Assembly (NCBI GenBank): GCA_964016885.1
Contig: OZ024763.1
Coordinates: forward strand, 19,096,001 to 19,160,000
Direction of reading: 5' to 3'
From: Eledone cirrhosa
Lineage: Eukaryota
DNA length: 64,000 nucleotides
Both the position numbers and the translations under genes were made by a program. This document shows positions 28,165 to 42,821 of this stretch, one piece after another (within the stretch, counting starts at the first letter, position 1; each line of letters begins with the position of its first letter). The notes under the pieces are model-generated. The model worked only from the letters and a program-made list of their open reading frames with translations, was not told where the DNA came from and made no database searches.

Positions 28165-28448
28165 CTTCAATTCTCAGACCGGGTGATGTGTTGTTTCCTT
28201 GAGCAAGACACTTTATTTCACATTGCTCCAGTTTACTCAGCTGTAGAAATGAGATGATAGGGACTGGGGTCCCTATCATTCCACTGCAAAGTGGTCGTGA
28301 AGGTGCCATGGCAAAAAAGCACCCAGCACTCACTGTAAATGAGGTTGGTGTTAGGAAGGGCATCCAGCTGTAGAAATCAAGCCAGAATCAGTTCTCGTCT
28401 CACCCTTGCAAGCAGGGAAAAGCGGACGTAAAATGATGATGATGATGA
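28165..28448 (+). mobile_element. SINE family A, 5'-truncated
   Basis: CORE-like TCCTTGAGCAAGACACTT and RTE-derived tail. Confidence 0.85.
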
Positions 28449-28570
28449 TATAACGAAGAAAGTGTGTGCTAAGCAACCAGGTGGACCATAACGCGCCAGA
28501 GTACTCGATACTTAGGGTAGTAGAGTGGGTAATAGGAAAAGAGTCAGGACCCCGACAGCTCTTTTCCTAT

Positions 28571-28840
28571 ATCATCATTTCATTTTGCGTCCACTTTTCC
28601 CTGCTTGCAAGGGTGGGACGGGAACTTATTGTGGCTTGATTTCTACAGCTGGATGCCCTTCCTAACACCAACCTCATTTACAGTGAGTACTGGGTGCTTT
28701 TTTTGTCGTGGCACCTCCACGACCACTTTGTAGTGGAATGATAGGGACCCCAGTCCCTATCATCTCATTTCTACAGCTGAGTAAACTGGAGCAATGTGAA
28801 ATAAAGTGTCTTGCTCAAGGAAACAACACATCACTCAATT
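28571..28840 (-). mobile_element. SINE family A, 5'-truncated
   Basis: Reverse complement of family A. Confidence 0.85.
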
Positions 28841-28944
28841 CTCATAAATGAAAAAAATAATGATCACATACATTCATATATATATGCCAATCAATTGGCG
28901 GTATGGACGGTAACTAACCAGATGGTCTAGTTGTAGATAATACC

Positions 28945-30110
28945 ATTATGTAGTGGTGGAGATGGTGAGGATGGTCGCAGTCATGATTATGGAAATGGCG
29001 GTGGCAGAGATGATGGTGGTGGTGGAGATAATAGTGGTCCTGATTATGGTGATAGTGGTGGTGGCGGTGGAGATAATAGTGGTTGTGATGGTGGTGGAGA
29101 TAATAGTGGTCATGATTATGGTGGTGGAGATAATAGTGGTCGTGATTATGGTGGTGGCGGTGGAGATAATAGTGGTCATGATTATGGTGATAGTGGTGGT
29201 GGCGGTGGAGATAATAGTGGTTGTGATGGTGGTGGAGATAATAGTGGTCATGATTATGGTGGTGGCGGTGGAGATAATAGTGGTTGTGATGGTGGTGGTG
29301 GTGGAGATAGTGGTCATGATTATGGTGGTGGAGATAATAGTGGTCGTGATTATGGTGGTGATGGTGGAGATAATAGTGGTTGTGATGGTGGTGGTGGAGA
29401 TAATAGTGGTCATGATTATGGTGGTGGTGATAATAGTGGTCATGATTATGGTGGTGGTGATAATAGTGGTCGTGATTATGGTGGTGGTGGTGGAGATAAT
29501 AGTGGTTGTGATTATGGTGGTGGCGGTGGAGATAATAGTGGTTGTGATTATGGTGGTGGTGGTGGAGATAATAGTGGTTGTGATTATGGTGGTGGCGGTG
29601 GAGATAATAGTGGTTGTGATTATGGTGGTGGTGGTGGAGATAATAGTGGTCGTGATTATGGTGGTGGTGGTGGAGATAATAGTGGTTGTGATTATGGTGG
29701 TGGCGGTGGAGATAATAGTGGTTGTGATGGTGGTGGTGGAGATAATAGTGGTCATGATTATGGTGGTGGTGATAATAGTGGTCGTGATTATGGTGGTGGT
29801 GGTGGAGATAATAGTGGTTGTGATTATGGTGGTGGTGGTGGAGATAATAGTGGTTGTGATTATGGTGGCGGTGGAGATAATAGTGGTCGTGGTTACGGTG
29901 ATGGTGGTGGAGATAATAGTGGTCCTGATTATGGTGGTGGTGGAGATAATAGTGGTTGTGATTATGGTGGCGGTGGAGATAATAGTGGTCGTGATTATGG
30001 TGATGGAGATAATAGTGGTCATGATTATGGTGGTGGAGATAATAGTGGTCATGATTATGGTGGTGGAGATAATAGTGGTTGTGGTTACGGTGATGGTGGT
30101 TGTGGAGGTC
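28945..30110. repeat. GGT-rich minisatellite (~30-36-bp units)
   Basis: Recurring GGAGATAATAGTGGTYGTGATTATGGTGGT. Confidence 0.92.
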
Positions 30111-30129
30111 GAGTTGGTATCAAAATGAT

Positions 30130-30463
30130 TTAACCCTTTAGCATTTACATTACTCTCTATTTACTATTGTATTTTCATGGTAAACACTTTATGTTACATA
30201 ATTATCTTACATAATATTTTGATATTATTTATTTTGAGAACAATACCATAACCCTTTAGCATTTAAACCGGCTGTATCCAGCCAGAATTCTCTCACCTCT
30301 TTCTGTTCAAACTGGTCATAACTGGCTGCTCATACTGATGTTAAGGTATTGTTCTGAAGCTAAATAATACCAAAATCTCATAGATTCGATATTATGTGAG
30401 ATTAAGTGTCTACTGTGAAAATACAATAATAAATATAAAGTAATGTAAATGCTAAAGGGTTAA
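30130..30463. mobile_element. piggyBac-type MITE (composite)
   Basis: TTAA|CCCTTTAGCATTTACATTAC ... GTAATGTAAATGCTAAAGGG|TTAA. Confidence 0.85.
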
Positions 30464-31109
30464 AGTCAGGTGAGAGAATTGTGGTCAGATACAGCCAGCT
30501 CAAACGCTGTTTTCCCTGCTAAAGGAAAGGTTCACTTTGAAAGGGTTCCCATAACAAGTTTCAAACCCACCATGGGATCCCTTTCGAGTCAATATTTAAA
30601 CAACCAGTCAGATGCCCTTCCTGGCACTAACCCCTTTTAGCTGTCTTATCTTCAACTATAAGCAGACAGCGATAGATTACTACGCAGGGATGTGGCAAGA
30701 GAGCAACAACATCTGTTAAAATTTCTAATTACATACCCTATATTTAAGTACTCTGCCCTCCATCACCACCTACCCTGCACCTCTTGTAACAGACACTATA
30801 TTCAGATACCTGGCGCACCCCAATTTGTAACATACACTGCCTCAACATATACCTGGTCCTCCAAATTTAACGCTATCACTGGGTTGATTTTTTTTCATCC
30901 CAGCCCTGGGCTGTTTGCCCTGTCCCTGTATCTTTTTTCACATTTTCTGCCAATATCTAAATTATCACAATCTCAACACCGTCTGTTCTCCGTGAGAAGT
31001 TATCTGCTTTTATATATATGTGTATTTATGTGTATATATGTGTCTGTATGTGTGTGTGTGTATAGGTACACACACATACACATATGTACACATATCTTTT
31101 ATATATACA

Positions 31110-31157
<48 letters not shown>

Positions 31158-31247
31158 TACATCTATATATATGTACATATATTTATATATATACATACAT
31201 ATAAATCTAGATACACATATATACATATATATATATGTACATATATT

Positions 31248-31279
<32 letters not shown>

Positions 31280-31442
31280 CATATAAATCTATATATATCT
31301 ATATATATCTACATATATCTATATATATCTACATACATATACATATATCTACATATATTTATACATATATATATACTTATGAGAGTGTATATACATTCAT
31401 ACACACACGTATACACACACACACATACACACACACACACAC

Positions 31443-31480
<38 letters not shown>

Positions 31481-31570
31481 TGCTAACTCATGCCAGTCTT
31501 AAAATGGCAGCTGGTGGATTAAATTTACTCCAGTATTGGATGTACATACACACGTGTCTGTGTATGTGTA

Positions 31571-31618
<48 letters not shown>

Positions 31619-31709
31619 TACATATATAAATATATATATACATATATAAATATATATATACATATATAAATATATATATACATATATAAATATATATATA
31701 CATATATAA

Positions 31710-31761
<52 letters not shown>

Positions 31762-31807
31762 ATATACATATACATATACATATATACATATATATATACA
31801 TATATAC

Positions 31808-31881
<74 letters not shown>

Positions 31882-32181
31882 ATATATACATATACATATA
31901 CATATATATATATATAAATATACATATACATATATATATATAAATATATATATACATATATATATATATATACATATACATATACATATATATATATATA
32001 CATATACATATACATATATATATATATAAATATACATATACATATATATATATATATATAAATATATATATACATATATAAATATATATATACATATATA
32101 AATATATATATACATATATAAATATATATATACATATATAAATATATATATACATATATAAATATATATATACATATATAT

Positions 32182-33085
32182 AAATCAGCAGTGGGGGAGG
32201 GTGCTCCGAAAGTACAGTAGCTAGAGTCAGAACTGGATGGAAAAAGTTCAGAGAGCTTATACCACTATTAGCCGCTAAAGGGTTCTCCCTAAAAATGAAA
32301 GGCAGGTTGTATGATGCCTGCATACGAACAGCAATGTTGCATGGCAGTGAGACCTGGGCATTGTGTGCAGAGGATATACGCAGACTAGAGAGAAACGAAG
32401 CTTGCATGCTCCGCTGGATGTGTAATAGTAATATACGTGAACGGCAAAGCATAAACGAAGAACTAAGGAAAAAATTAGAAATAAGAGGGATCAGATGTTG
32501 TTTACTCGAGAGAAGGCTACGTTGGTATGGTCACGTGATGCGCATGAAAGACGACAGCTGTATAGCAAAGTGCAGGGCAATAAAGATAGACGGTAGCCAC
32601 GGAGTAGGCAGACCCAGAAAAACCTGGGACGAGCTGATAAATTCCGACCTCACACACTTACACCTCTCCAAGACGATGTCACTGGACCGAGAGCTTTGGC
32701 GGTACTCAGTAATAGAGAAGACCCGCGTTACCTAAATACAAAGTAAAACCTACTACAGTCAGTAGGCATCTCTAACAAAATACACCCCTGTCCCACCACC
32801 CCCACCCCATCCCATCCACAGTAAATGTGGTTGGTGTTAGGAAGGGCATCCAGCTGTAGAAAACCTGCCAGACAGTCCACGCTGTAAAGTGGCCGTGTAG
32901 GCAACACAGTAAAAACCTCCCAGTTCACACTGTAAATGTGGTTGGTGTTAGGAAGGGCATCCAACTGTAGAAAACCCGCCAGACAGTCCTATGCGAGCAA
33001 GACAACCACTCTTGCCTCAAGTGGGAAAACTCCCGTCCAAACCCATGCAAGCATGGAACACGGACGTTAAACGATGATGATGATG

Positions 33086-33087
<2 letters not shown>
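32182..33087 (+). mobile_element. 5'-truncated RTE LINE (subfamily A)
   Basis: ORF 32295-32735; 3' UTR; (GAT)n tail; embedded in (TA)n. Confidence 0.92.
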
Positions 33088-33126
<39 letters not shown>

Positions 33127-33159
33127 TATATATACATAAATATATATATACATATATAA

Positions 33160-33190
<31 letters not shown>

Positions 33191-33270
33191 AATATATATA
33201 TACATATATATATATATAAATAAATATATATATACATATATAAATATATATATATAAATAAATATATATA

Positions 33271-34480
33271 TAGAGAATAAATTCCAAACCTGGAAGCAGG
33301 GACTAGAGAGAAAGGGCCTCAAAGTCAACATGACAAAGACTAAGGTCCTTATAAGTAGACGAGAAAACAGAACCCAGATCCCCTCAGGGAAATGGCCTTG
33401 CTCAGTATGTAGGAAAGGTGTAGGTAGGAACTCCATTCTCTGCCCCAAATGCAAACAATGGGTACACAAGAGATGTAGCGGGATCTCAGGAAGCTTAATT
33501 AAGAATGTAGGATTCACATGCAGCAGCTGTGCTGAAACAGCAAGCAAACAGCCACAGGAAACAAGTACCACCAATCTCTGGGAGGGCCCTGTAGAAACAG
33601 TAGACAGCTTCTGCTGCCTAGGTGACCGAATTAGCAACGGAGGTGGGTGCTCAGAAAGTACAATAACTAGGGTAAGAACGGGATGGAAGAAGTTTAGGGA
33701 ACTACTACCACTGCTAGCTGCAAAAGGCTTCTCCCTCAGAATGAAAGGCAGACTGTATGATGCGTGTATTCGAACAGCGATGTTGCATGGTAGTGAGACC
33801 TGGGCGCTGAAGGTGGAAGACTTACGTAGATTAGAGAGAAACGAAGCCTGCATGCTCCGATGGATGTGTAACAGTAATATACGTGAACGACAAAGCATAA
33901 AGGAATTGAGAGAGAGACTGAGCATAAGAGGAATCAAATGCTGCGTGCAGGATAGGCGGTTACGCTGGTATGGACATGTGATGCGTATGAAGGATGACAG
34001 CTGCATAAAAAGGTGCAGAGCACTAGAAGTTGATGGAAACCGCGGAGTGGGGAGACCCAAGATGACTTGGGATGAGGTGATAAAAGCCGACCTTACCCAA
34101 CTACACCTCTGAAAGTCAATGACACATGACCGTGACTTCTGGCGTCACGCAGTAATACAGGGTACCCGACCTCCCATGGGTACATGCTGAAGCATATAAA
34201 CAATATGCCCCCCCCCCCGCAAGGTGGTCGTGGAGGTGCCACGGCAAAAAAGCACCCAGCCCACACTGTAAAGTGGACGTGTAGGCGCCACGAAAAAGCA
34301 CCCAGCACTCACTGTAAATGAGGTTGGTGTTAGGAAGGGCATCCAGCTGTAGAAATCAAGCCAGATCAGTTCCTGTATGAGTAAGGCATGGTCAGCTGAC
34401 CAGACACTGCCCACAACAGGACAACCCGTCTAACCCATGCTAGCGTGGAAGAACGGACGTAAAACGGTGATGATGATGAT
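33271..34480 (+). mobile_element. 5'-truncated RTE LINE (subfamily B) including PHD-type finger
   Basis: ORF 33330-34112; 3' UTR; (GAT)n tail; embedded in (TA)n. Confidence 0.92.
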
Positions 34481-34514
34481 ACATATATATACATATAAAT
34501 ATATGCATACATAA

Positions 34515-34597
<83 letters not shown>

Positions 34598-34944
34598 AAT
34601 ATATATATACATATATATATATAAATTTTTAGCCTAAGAAAATATCTATATGGGTGTGTAATTAATACACGCATACATTTATTTTTTTAATTTCAATTGA
34701 GTTCTTAACACGTTGGATTGATAATGTTTTTGAAAAAACTAATTAACCCGAGTGTATATTATTTTTATCTTTTCTCGTGTCGTGGTTGTCTCCCTTTCCT
34801 GCTTCGTGACGCTATGAAACTTCCGCAGTCAAAAGACTGCTGGAATTTCAAATTTGGCGGTCATTCGATGTGTGAAGGAGCAGCTCAGCGGACACAATTT
34901 TTAACTGCGGTAAGAATTTTTTCTTATTTCAAAGTTTAATGGGC

Positions 34945-35069
34945 TTCCACTGAAGATTTATAAGTGCCCACCTAAATATATTCTTACATGAATATATGTT
35001 AGGCTTCTACATAAACTGGAAACATTCTCCCACCTTGTAGAAAACTTATAATGAAACAATTGTTTGGAA
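34945..35069 (+). ncRNA. Type I hammerhead ribozyme with long structured loop II
   Basis: TTCCA-CTGAAGA-T-TTATAAGT-[~78 nt]-ACTTATAA-T-GAA-ACAATTGT-T-TGGAA. Confidence 0.85.
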
Positions 35070-35661
35070 AGAGAGATATATTTTAACTTTAATTATATCT
35101 CATAAAATAATACAACTGGCTTTCCACAAAATACATATAGTTAGCACCCCAAACACTTAAATTGGGTTATACTAACATATAACCTAATGTTTGTTGAGTG
35201 AAATGGTTACCAGTTGGAGTTTAGCGTTAAGCTATCTCTGTTATTGTATTAATATATACATATATATATATATACATATATATATACATATATATATACA
35301 TATATATATACATATATATATAAATATATACATATATATATACATATATACATATATATATACATATATATATACATATATATACATATATATATAAATA
35401 TATACATATATATATAAATATATACATATATACATAAATATATACATATATATATAAATATATACATATATACATAAATATATACATATATATATAAATA
35501 TATACATATATATATAAATATATACATATATACATAAATATATACATATATATATAAATATATACATATATACATAAATATATACATATATATATAAATA
35601 TATACATATATATATAAATATATACATATATATATAAATATATACATATATATATAAATAT

Positions 35662-36269
35662 ATGGTGGCTGCCAACTCGTTTTCGAGTACGGCCACTACT
35701 TTATATCCATGTAGGAGAACCCCTACCGATGCGCTGAACGAGTGTGACTTTTTAGTCCAGCCAGCGACTTGAAAACTCTGGTACAAACACTACACTTGTG
35801 ACAATTATTGACACATAGTGCTGGGCCCATGGTACCATGTGACGGCAAGTGCAGAGAGATCTCCAGATATAAAGCAATGCCTGTGCCGTGAAGCTTTTAT
35901 AGTGAGCAAAGGCACTGCACAAAGCCAGTCCCACTCTCTTAACCAAGATGATATTTACCAAAAAGAAGAACAAGTCAACATCATTGGATACCATCAGGGT
36001 TGCAGGTGTTATATCAGAGTTTTCCTTCTCCTAGAATTCTGCCTTGACAAAGGCTAAGGGGTCATCTCTCCCAGTGATTTTGGATGGCCATTGACTCTTA
36101 AGAGCTCCTTTGCCCTTTGACAGGTTTTGTTTTTAGTCCTGCAGGATGTCCAAAGTCACCCTCCTCACCAAGAAACCTTGGTGGGGTTGCCAGTTTAGTC
36201 GCCAACGACCCGACCATGAAACAGGTTGTACTGGGATACATGTTACCAGTAGCACCAAGTGGTGACCTG
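35662..36269 (+). mobile_element. Interspersed repeat resembling an RTE 5' leader, flanked by a long duplication
   Basis: Second copy at 50967-51332; ~90-bp direct repeat at 35175 and 36270; family assignment is from recall. Confidence 0.5.
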
Positions 36270-36488
36270 ACATATAACCTAATGTTTGTTGAGTGAAATG
36301 GTTACCAGTTGGAGTTTAGCGTTAAGCTATCTCTGTTATTGTATTAATATATACATATATAAATATATACATATATATATACATATATACATATATATAT
36401 ACATATATATAAATATATACATATATATATACATATATATATACATATATATATACACATATATATAAATATATACATAAATATATAC

Positions 36489-36519
<31 letters not shown>

Positions 36520-36528
36520 AATATATAC

Positions 36529-36581
<53 letters not shown>

Positions 36582-36664
36582 CATAAATATATACATATAT
36601 ATATACATATATATACATAAATATATACATATATATATACATATATATATATATAAATATATAC

Positions 36665-36695
<31 letters not shown>

Positions 36696-36744
36696 AATAT
36701 ATACATATATATATACATATATATATATATACATAAATATATAC

Positions 36745-36775
<31 letters not shown>

Positions 36776-36834
36776 AATATATGTATATATATATATATAT
36801 ATAAATATATGTATATATTTATATATATATATAA

Positions 36835-36875
<41 letters not shown>

Positions 36876-36986
36876 TACATATATATATAAATATATATAT
36901 ACATATATATATATATACATATATATATACATATATATATACATATATATATATATATACACATATATATATATATATAAATATAT

Positions 36987-37029
<43 letters not shown>

Positions 37030-37194
37030 TACATATATATATATATATATATACACATATATATATATATATATATACACATATATATATATACACATAT
37101 ATATATATATACACATATATATATATACACAAATATATATATACATATACATATATATATATACATATAAATATATATATACATATATATATAC

Positions 37195-37225
<31 letters not shown>

Positions 37226-37227
37226 AA

Positions 37228-37560
37228 TGGTGGCACATGGCTTAGTGGTTAGAGCATTAGCCTTGCAATCGAAAGGTTGTGAGTTCAATTCTCAGACCGG
37301 GTGATGTGTTGTTTCCTTGAGCAAGACACTTTATTTCACATTGCTCCAGTTTACTCAGCTGTAGAAATGAGATGATAGGGACCCAAGTCCCTATCATTCC
37401 ACTGCAAAGTGATCGTGTAGGTTTCACAACAAAAAGCACTCAGCACTCACTGTAAATGAGGTTGGTGTTAGGAAGGGCATCCAGCTGTAGAAATCAAGCC
37501 AGAATCAGTTCCCGTCCCACCCTTGCAAGCAGGGAAAAGTGGACGTAAAATGAAATGATG
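37228..37560 (+). mobile_element. SINE family A, full length
   Basis: A box TGGCTTAGTGG, B box GAGTTCAATTC, CORE-like segment, RTE-derived 3' end. Confidence 0.9.
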
Positions 37561-37672
37561 AAATATATATATACATATATAAATATATATATAAATATAT
37601 ATAAATATATATATAAATATATATAAATATATATATAAATACATATAAATATATATATAAATACATATATAT

Positions 37673-37703
<31 letters not shown>

Positions 37704-37726
37704 AATACATATATATATATATATAA

Positions 37727-37767
<41 letters not shown>

Positions 37768-38063
37768 CATATATAAATATATATATATATATAAATACAT
37801 ATATAAATATATATATATATATAAATACATATATATATATATATAAATACATATATATATATATAAATACATATATAAATATATATATATATATATATAA
37901 ATACATATATATATATATATAAATACATATATATATATATATAAATACATATATATATATATAAATACATATATAAATATATATATATATATAAATACAT
38001 ATATAAATATATATAAATACATAAATACATAAATACATAAATACATATATATATAAATACATA

Positions 38064-38407
38064 TCATCATTCATCATCATCATTTCATTTTACGTCCGCT
38101 TTTCCCTGCTTGCAAGGGTGGGACGGGAACTGATTCCGGCTTGATTTCTACAGCTGGATGCCCTTCCTAACACCTCATTTACAGTGAGTGCTGGGTGCTT
38201 TTTTGCCGTGGCACCACCACGACCACTTTGTAGTGGAATGATAGGGACCCAAGTCCCTATCATCTCATTTCTACAGCTGAGTAAACTGGAGCAATGTGAA
38301 ATAAAGTGTCTTGCTCAAGGAAACAACACATCACCCGGTCTGAGAATTGAACTCACAACCTTTCGATTGCAAGGCCAATGCTCTAACCACTAAGCCATGT
38401 GCCTCCA
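38064..38407 (-). mobile_element. SINE family A, full length
   Basis: Reverse complement of 37228-37560. Confidence 0.9.
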
Positions 38408-38408
38408 T

Positions 38409-38446
<38 letters not shown>

Positions 38447-38521
38447 CATAAATACATATATAAATATATATATATATATATAAATACATATATAAATATA
38501 TATATATATATATATAAATAC

Positions 38522-38560
<39 letters not shown>

Positions 38561-38627
38561 CATATATAAATATATATATATATATATATAAATACATATA
38601 TAAATATATATATATATATATAAATAC

Positions 38628-38682
<55 letters not shown>

Positions 38683-38854
38683 ATGCGCATGTATTGTTTT
38701 TTTTGGCGGTAATTTACTTCCTCATTTTTGAATCAGTTTGAGCACTTCTTTAGAACTGCTGGACTGGCAACCTGACAGATACCTCAGGCACAGATGATGA
38801 TTATCGCTAAATACTGATGTTGGTTAGATTATCAATATTAGTATTATTGGGTCA

Positions 38855-38981
38855 CTCACTGATGAATTATAGGAGCCCACTTGAATATATATCTATTGAT
38901 GGTATACAAGCTCCTACATAAATTGGTATAATTTCACCCAAATTGTAGGAATCCTATAATGAAACGAGACGTCCGTCTGGG
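38855..38981 (+). ncRNA. Type I hammerhead ribozyme with long structured loop II
   Basis: CTCA-CTGATGA-ATTATAGGA-[~77 nt]-TCCTATAAT-GAA-ACG-agacgtc-CGT-C-TGGG. Confidence 0.8.
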
Positions 38982-39369
38982 AAGAGATATATTAGATATG
39001 TCTCATATGAAATAATACAGCCAATTTTCCACGCAATACTTTTAGTTAACACCCCGAACACATAATTGGGAATATTCTCACTTATTTCCTAATGTTTGTT
39101 GAGTGAGTTGGAATTTGGCCGGAGTATCGCTAAAAAGCTTTCTCCGATATTGTATTTATATATATATAAATATACATATATAAATATATATATATACATA
39201 TATATATATACATATATATACATATATATATAAATATATACATACATATAAATATATATATACATATAAATATATATATACATATAAATATATATATACA
39301 TATAAATATATACATATAAATATATACATATAAATATATACATATAAATATATACATATAAATATATAC

Positions 39370-40134
39370 ATCATCATCATCATCACAGTTTTACGTCCGT
39401 TCTTCCACGCTAGCATGGGTTAGACGGGTTGTCCTGTTGTGGGCAGTGTCTGGTCGGCTGACCATGCCTTGCTCATACAGGAACTGATCTGGCTTGATTT
39501 CCACAGCTGGATGCCCTTTCTAACACCAACCTCATTTACAGTGAGTGCTGGGTGCTTTTTCGTGGCGCCTACACGTCCACTTTACAGTGTGGGCTGGGTG
39601 CTTTTTTGCCGTGGCACCTCCACGGCCACCTTGCGGTGGGGGGGGGGGGGGCATATTGTTTATATGCTTCAGCATGTACCCATGGGAGGTCGGGTACCCT
39701 GTATTACTGCGTGACGCCAGAAGTCACGGTCGTGTGTCATTGACTTTGAGAGGTGTAGTTGGGTAAGGTCGGCTTTTATCACCTCATCCCAAGTCATCTT
39801 GGGTCTCCCCACTCCGCGGTTTCCATCAACTTCTAGTGCTCTGCACCTTTTTATGCAGCTGTCATCCTTCATACGCATCACATGTCCATACCAGCGTAAC
39901 CGCCTCTCCTGCACGCAGCATTTGATTCCTCTTATGCTCAGTCTCTCTCTCAATTCCTTTATGCTTTGTCGTTCACGTATATTACTGTTACACATCCATC
40001 GGAGCATGCAGGTTTTGTTTCTCTCTAATCTACGTAAGTCTTCCACCTTCAGCGCCCAGGTCTCACTACCATGCAACATCGCTGTTCGGATACACGCATC
40101 ATACAGTCTGCCTTTCATTCTGAGGGAGAAGCCT
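39370..40134 (-). mobile_element. 5'-truncated RTE LINE (subfamily B)
   Basis: ORF 39669-40118; (CAT)n tail; TA-rich flanks. Confidence 0.92.
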
Positions 40135-40769
40135 CATATAAATATATATATACATATAAATATAAATGTATATATACATATATATATATACATATATATA
40201 CAAATATATATATACAAATATACATATACATATATATTTATATGTACAGACACACACACAGCTCCTGATATCATTTACTCACATCACATGCTCACACACA
40301 CTGATACAGACACACACAGACACACACACTTACTCAAACGCACAGTCACAGACACTCACACAGACAGACACACACGGTCAGGCACATACACACATAGATA
40401 CCTGGGTAGCCATAGGACATGTAAATAAGACACTTGTGAGAATCGCAATTGGAATATAAAGAAACGAAACTAAATCGGAAGGTAAAGAGGGATAAGTTGA
40501 CCTCGGCAGCTATTGAACTCAATGTGCAGAAGAGAGCTGGTGCAAACTGTGTCACAAGGTACTTCATGTGATGATGAATCGGAATGACTCCACCACTGTG
40601 CCACTCTGCAGCCATACTCTGCCAACTGTCCATACATGTATGCGTGAGTGTGTGTGTGTGTGTGGAGGGGGTGTCAGTGTATGCATACATATATGTTTTG
40701 TGTGTAAGCATGGATGGATGCATGTATGTACGTATGTATGTACGTATATATATATATATATATATATAT

Positions 40770-40979
40770 ATGTAGGAGGTGAGTTTTATTGTAGTATGTT
40801 GATTTAAAACTGCACTATCCACAAGTGTTTTTTAACCTTCATATCATGTCCTCCTATTTTATGTGATCATGTCCTCCTATTCTATGTGATGAAAACACAA
40901 ATGTTATTGCATGATGATATTTGTATTTGAAATGCGCATAATAAAATACATGGAACTCATTTAACCATCTTTTGATCTT
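40770..40979 (+). mobile_element. Copy of the 27886-28117 hammerhead element, core mutated (GTGATGA)
   Basis: Motif at 40878-40948. Confidence 0.75.
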
Positions 40980-41011
40980 ATATATATATATATATATATA
41001 CAATACTCCCC

Positions 41012-41615
41012 CAAAAAGCACCCAGTCCACGCTGTAAAGTGGTCATGTAGGTGTCACTACAAAAAGCACCCAGTCCACACTGTAAAGTGGTCATGTAGGT
41101 GTCACAGCAAAAAGCACCCAGTCCACACTGTAAAGTGGTCGTGTAGGAGACACAACAAAAAGCACCCAGTCCACACTGTAAAGTGGTCGTGGAGGAGACA
41201 CAACAAAAAGCACCCAGTCCACACTGTAAAGTGGTCATGTAGGTGTCACAGCAAAAAGCACCCAGTCCACACTGTAAAGTGGTCGTGTAGGTGTCACAGC
41301 AAAAAGCACCCAGTCCACACTGTAAAGTGGTCGTGGAGGAGACACAACAAAAAGCACCCAGTCCACACTGTAAAGTGGTCATGTAGGTGTCACAGCAAAA
41401 AGCACCCAGTACACACTGTAAAGTGGTCATGTAGGTGTCACAGCAAAAAGCACCCAGTCCACACTGTAAATGTGACCGGCATTAAGAAGGACATACAGCT
41501 ATAAAAACCCAACCAGAAACAGTTCCGTATGAGCAAAACACAGTCATCTGACCCTCAAACGGGACAGCCCGTCTAACTCATGCTAACATGGAGAAGAGAT
41601 GTTAAATGATGATGA
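41012..41615 (+). repeat. 48-bp tandem array (~10 copies) derived from an RTE 3' UTR, followed by a diverged tail
   Basis: Unit AAAAAGCACCCAGTCCACACTGTAAAGTGGTCATGTAGGTGTCACAGC. Confidence 0.9.
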
Positions 41616-41689
41616 TAATGACATATACATATATAGAGAGAGAGGGTTGAGAGTAAAGGTAAAGACACCCATCGGTCACAAATGACCAA

Positions 41690-41980
41690 GGGATTTGAAC
41701 CTGGACACAAGTCCGGGCCAGGTGTTTTTGTGGAAGACCAGCAGTCACCGATACATACCAGTCTCCCCTCTTCATGCCACCGATGATGTCCAAGGCAAAG
41801 GCAATGGCTGATACAGCTTGGCACCAGTGACATCGCAACTCATTTCTACAGCTGAGTAAACTAGAGCAACGTGAAATAAAGTATCTTGCTCAAGAACACA
41901 GCACAAACCCAGTCTTAGAATTGAACTCACAACCTCAAGATTGCAAGCCCGACGCTCTAACCACTTAGTCATGCGTCTTC
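41690..41980 (-). mobile_element. Diverged SINE family A relative
   Basis: tRNA head and CORE-like segment, different 3' part. Confidence 0.65.
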
Positions 41981-42473
41981 ACACACACACACATATATAT
42001 ATATATACACATATATATATATATGTTGGAGGAAGTATGACCCCGACGGCAGAGCTCAAGCTGTTTCTGCATCCTTAAATAGCTGTCGAAAAGGCTTGGA
42101 CTCTGCCGTCGGGGTCATACTTTCTCCTATTACCCACTCTACTACCCCAAGCATTGAGTACTCTGGTGCGTTATGGTCCATCTGGTTCCTTGCCACAACT
42201 CCTTCGTTATAAGATAGGCTGTAGTAAAATACCAGGTGGACCATAACTCACCAGAGTACTCGATATTTGGGGTAGTAGAGTGGGTAACAGGAAAAGATTC
42301 AGGACCCCGATGGCTGAGCTCCGGCTGTTTTGTAGGGGTCCTGAATCTTTTCATATATATATATATATATATTATAAGGACCATGACAAGTGGAGAGATG
42401 CTGTGCTGAATAGGACCCGTCCCACCCTTGCAAGCAGGGAAAAGCAGATGTAAAATGATGATGGTGATGATGA

Positions 42474-42516
<43 letters not shown>

Positions 42517-42821
42517 TGGCATGATATTAACGCTGACTTATCTTCCTCTCCCTTTCTGTTTTCCTCTATTTGACCGGTAGTAGCACACGATAAGCTTTAG
42601 CCCCCTCACTTGAGGGCGACCGGCTAAGGTGGAAGATGCTAGATGGCGGTTGTCCTCGGGTCTTTGATTTTCAGCCCCATGGATTTTATCTATTACATTC
42701 ACTTATTATATTTCGAATACCTGATGATATCACCGGATTCATACGGAACCTGGTCATAGTATAATAAACCTTTCAAGCATTTACACAAGTCCAGCCTCCT
42801 GTCATTTCATTATTATATGGT

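Noticed and set aside
37228-37310. tRNA gene
   Set aside because: A and B boxes belong to a SINE head that continues into core and LINE-derived tail.
42717-42763. CTGATGA...GGAACCTGGTC possible hammerhead
   Set aside because: GAAA is replaced by GGAA and stems I and II are weak; at most a decayed copy.
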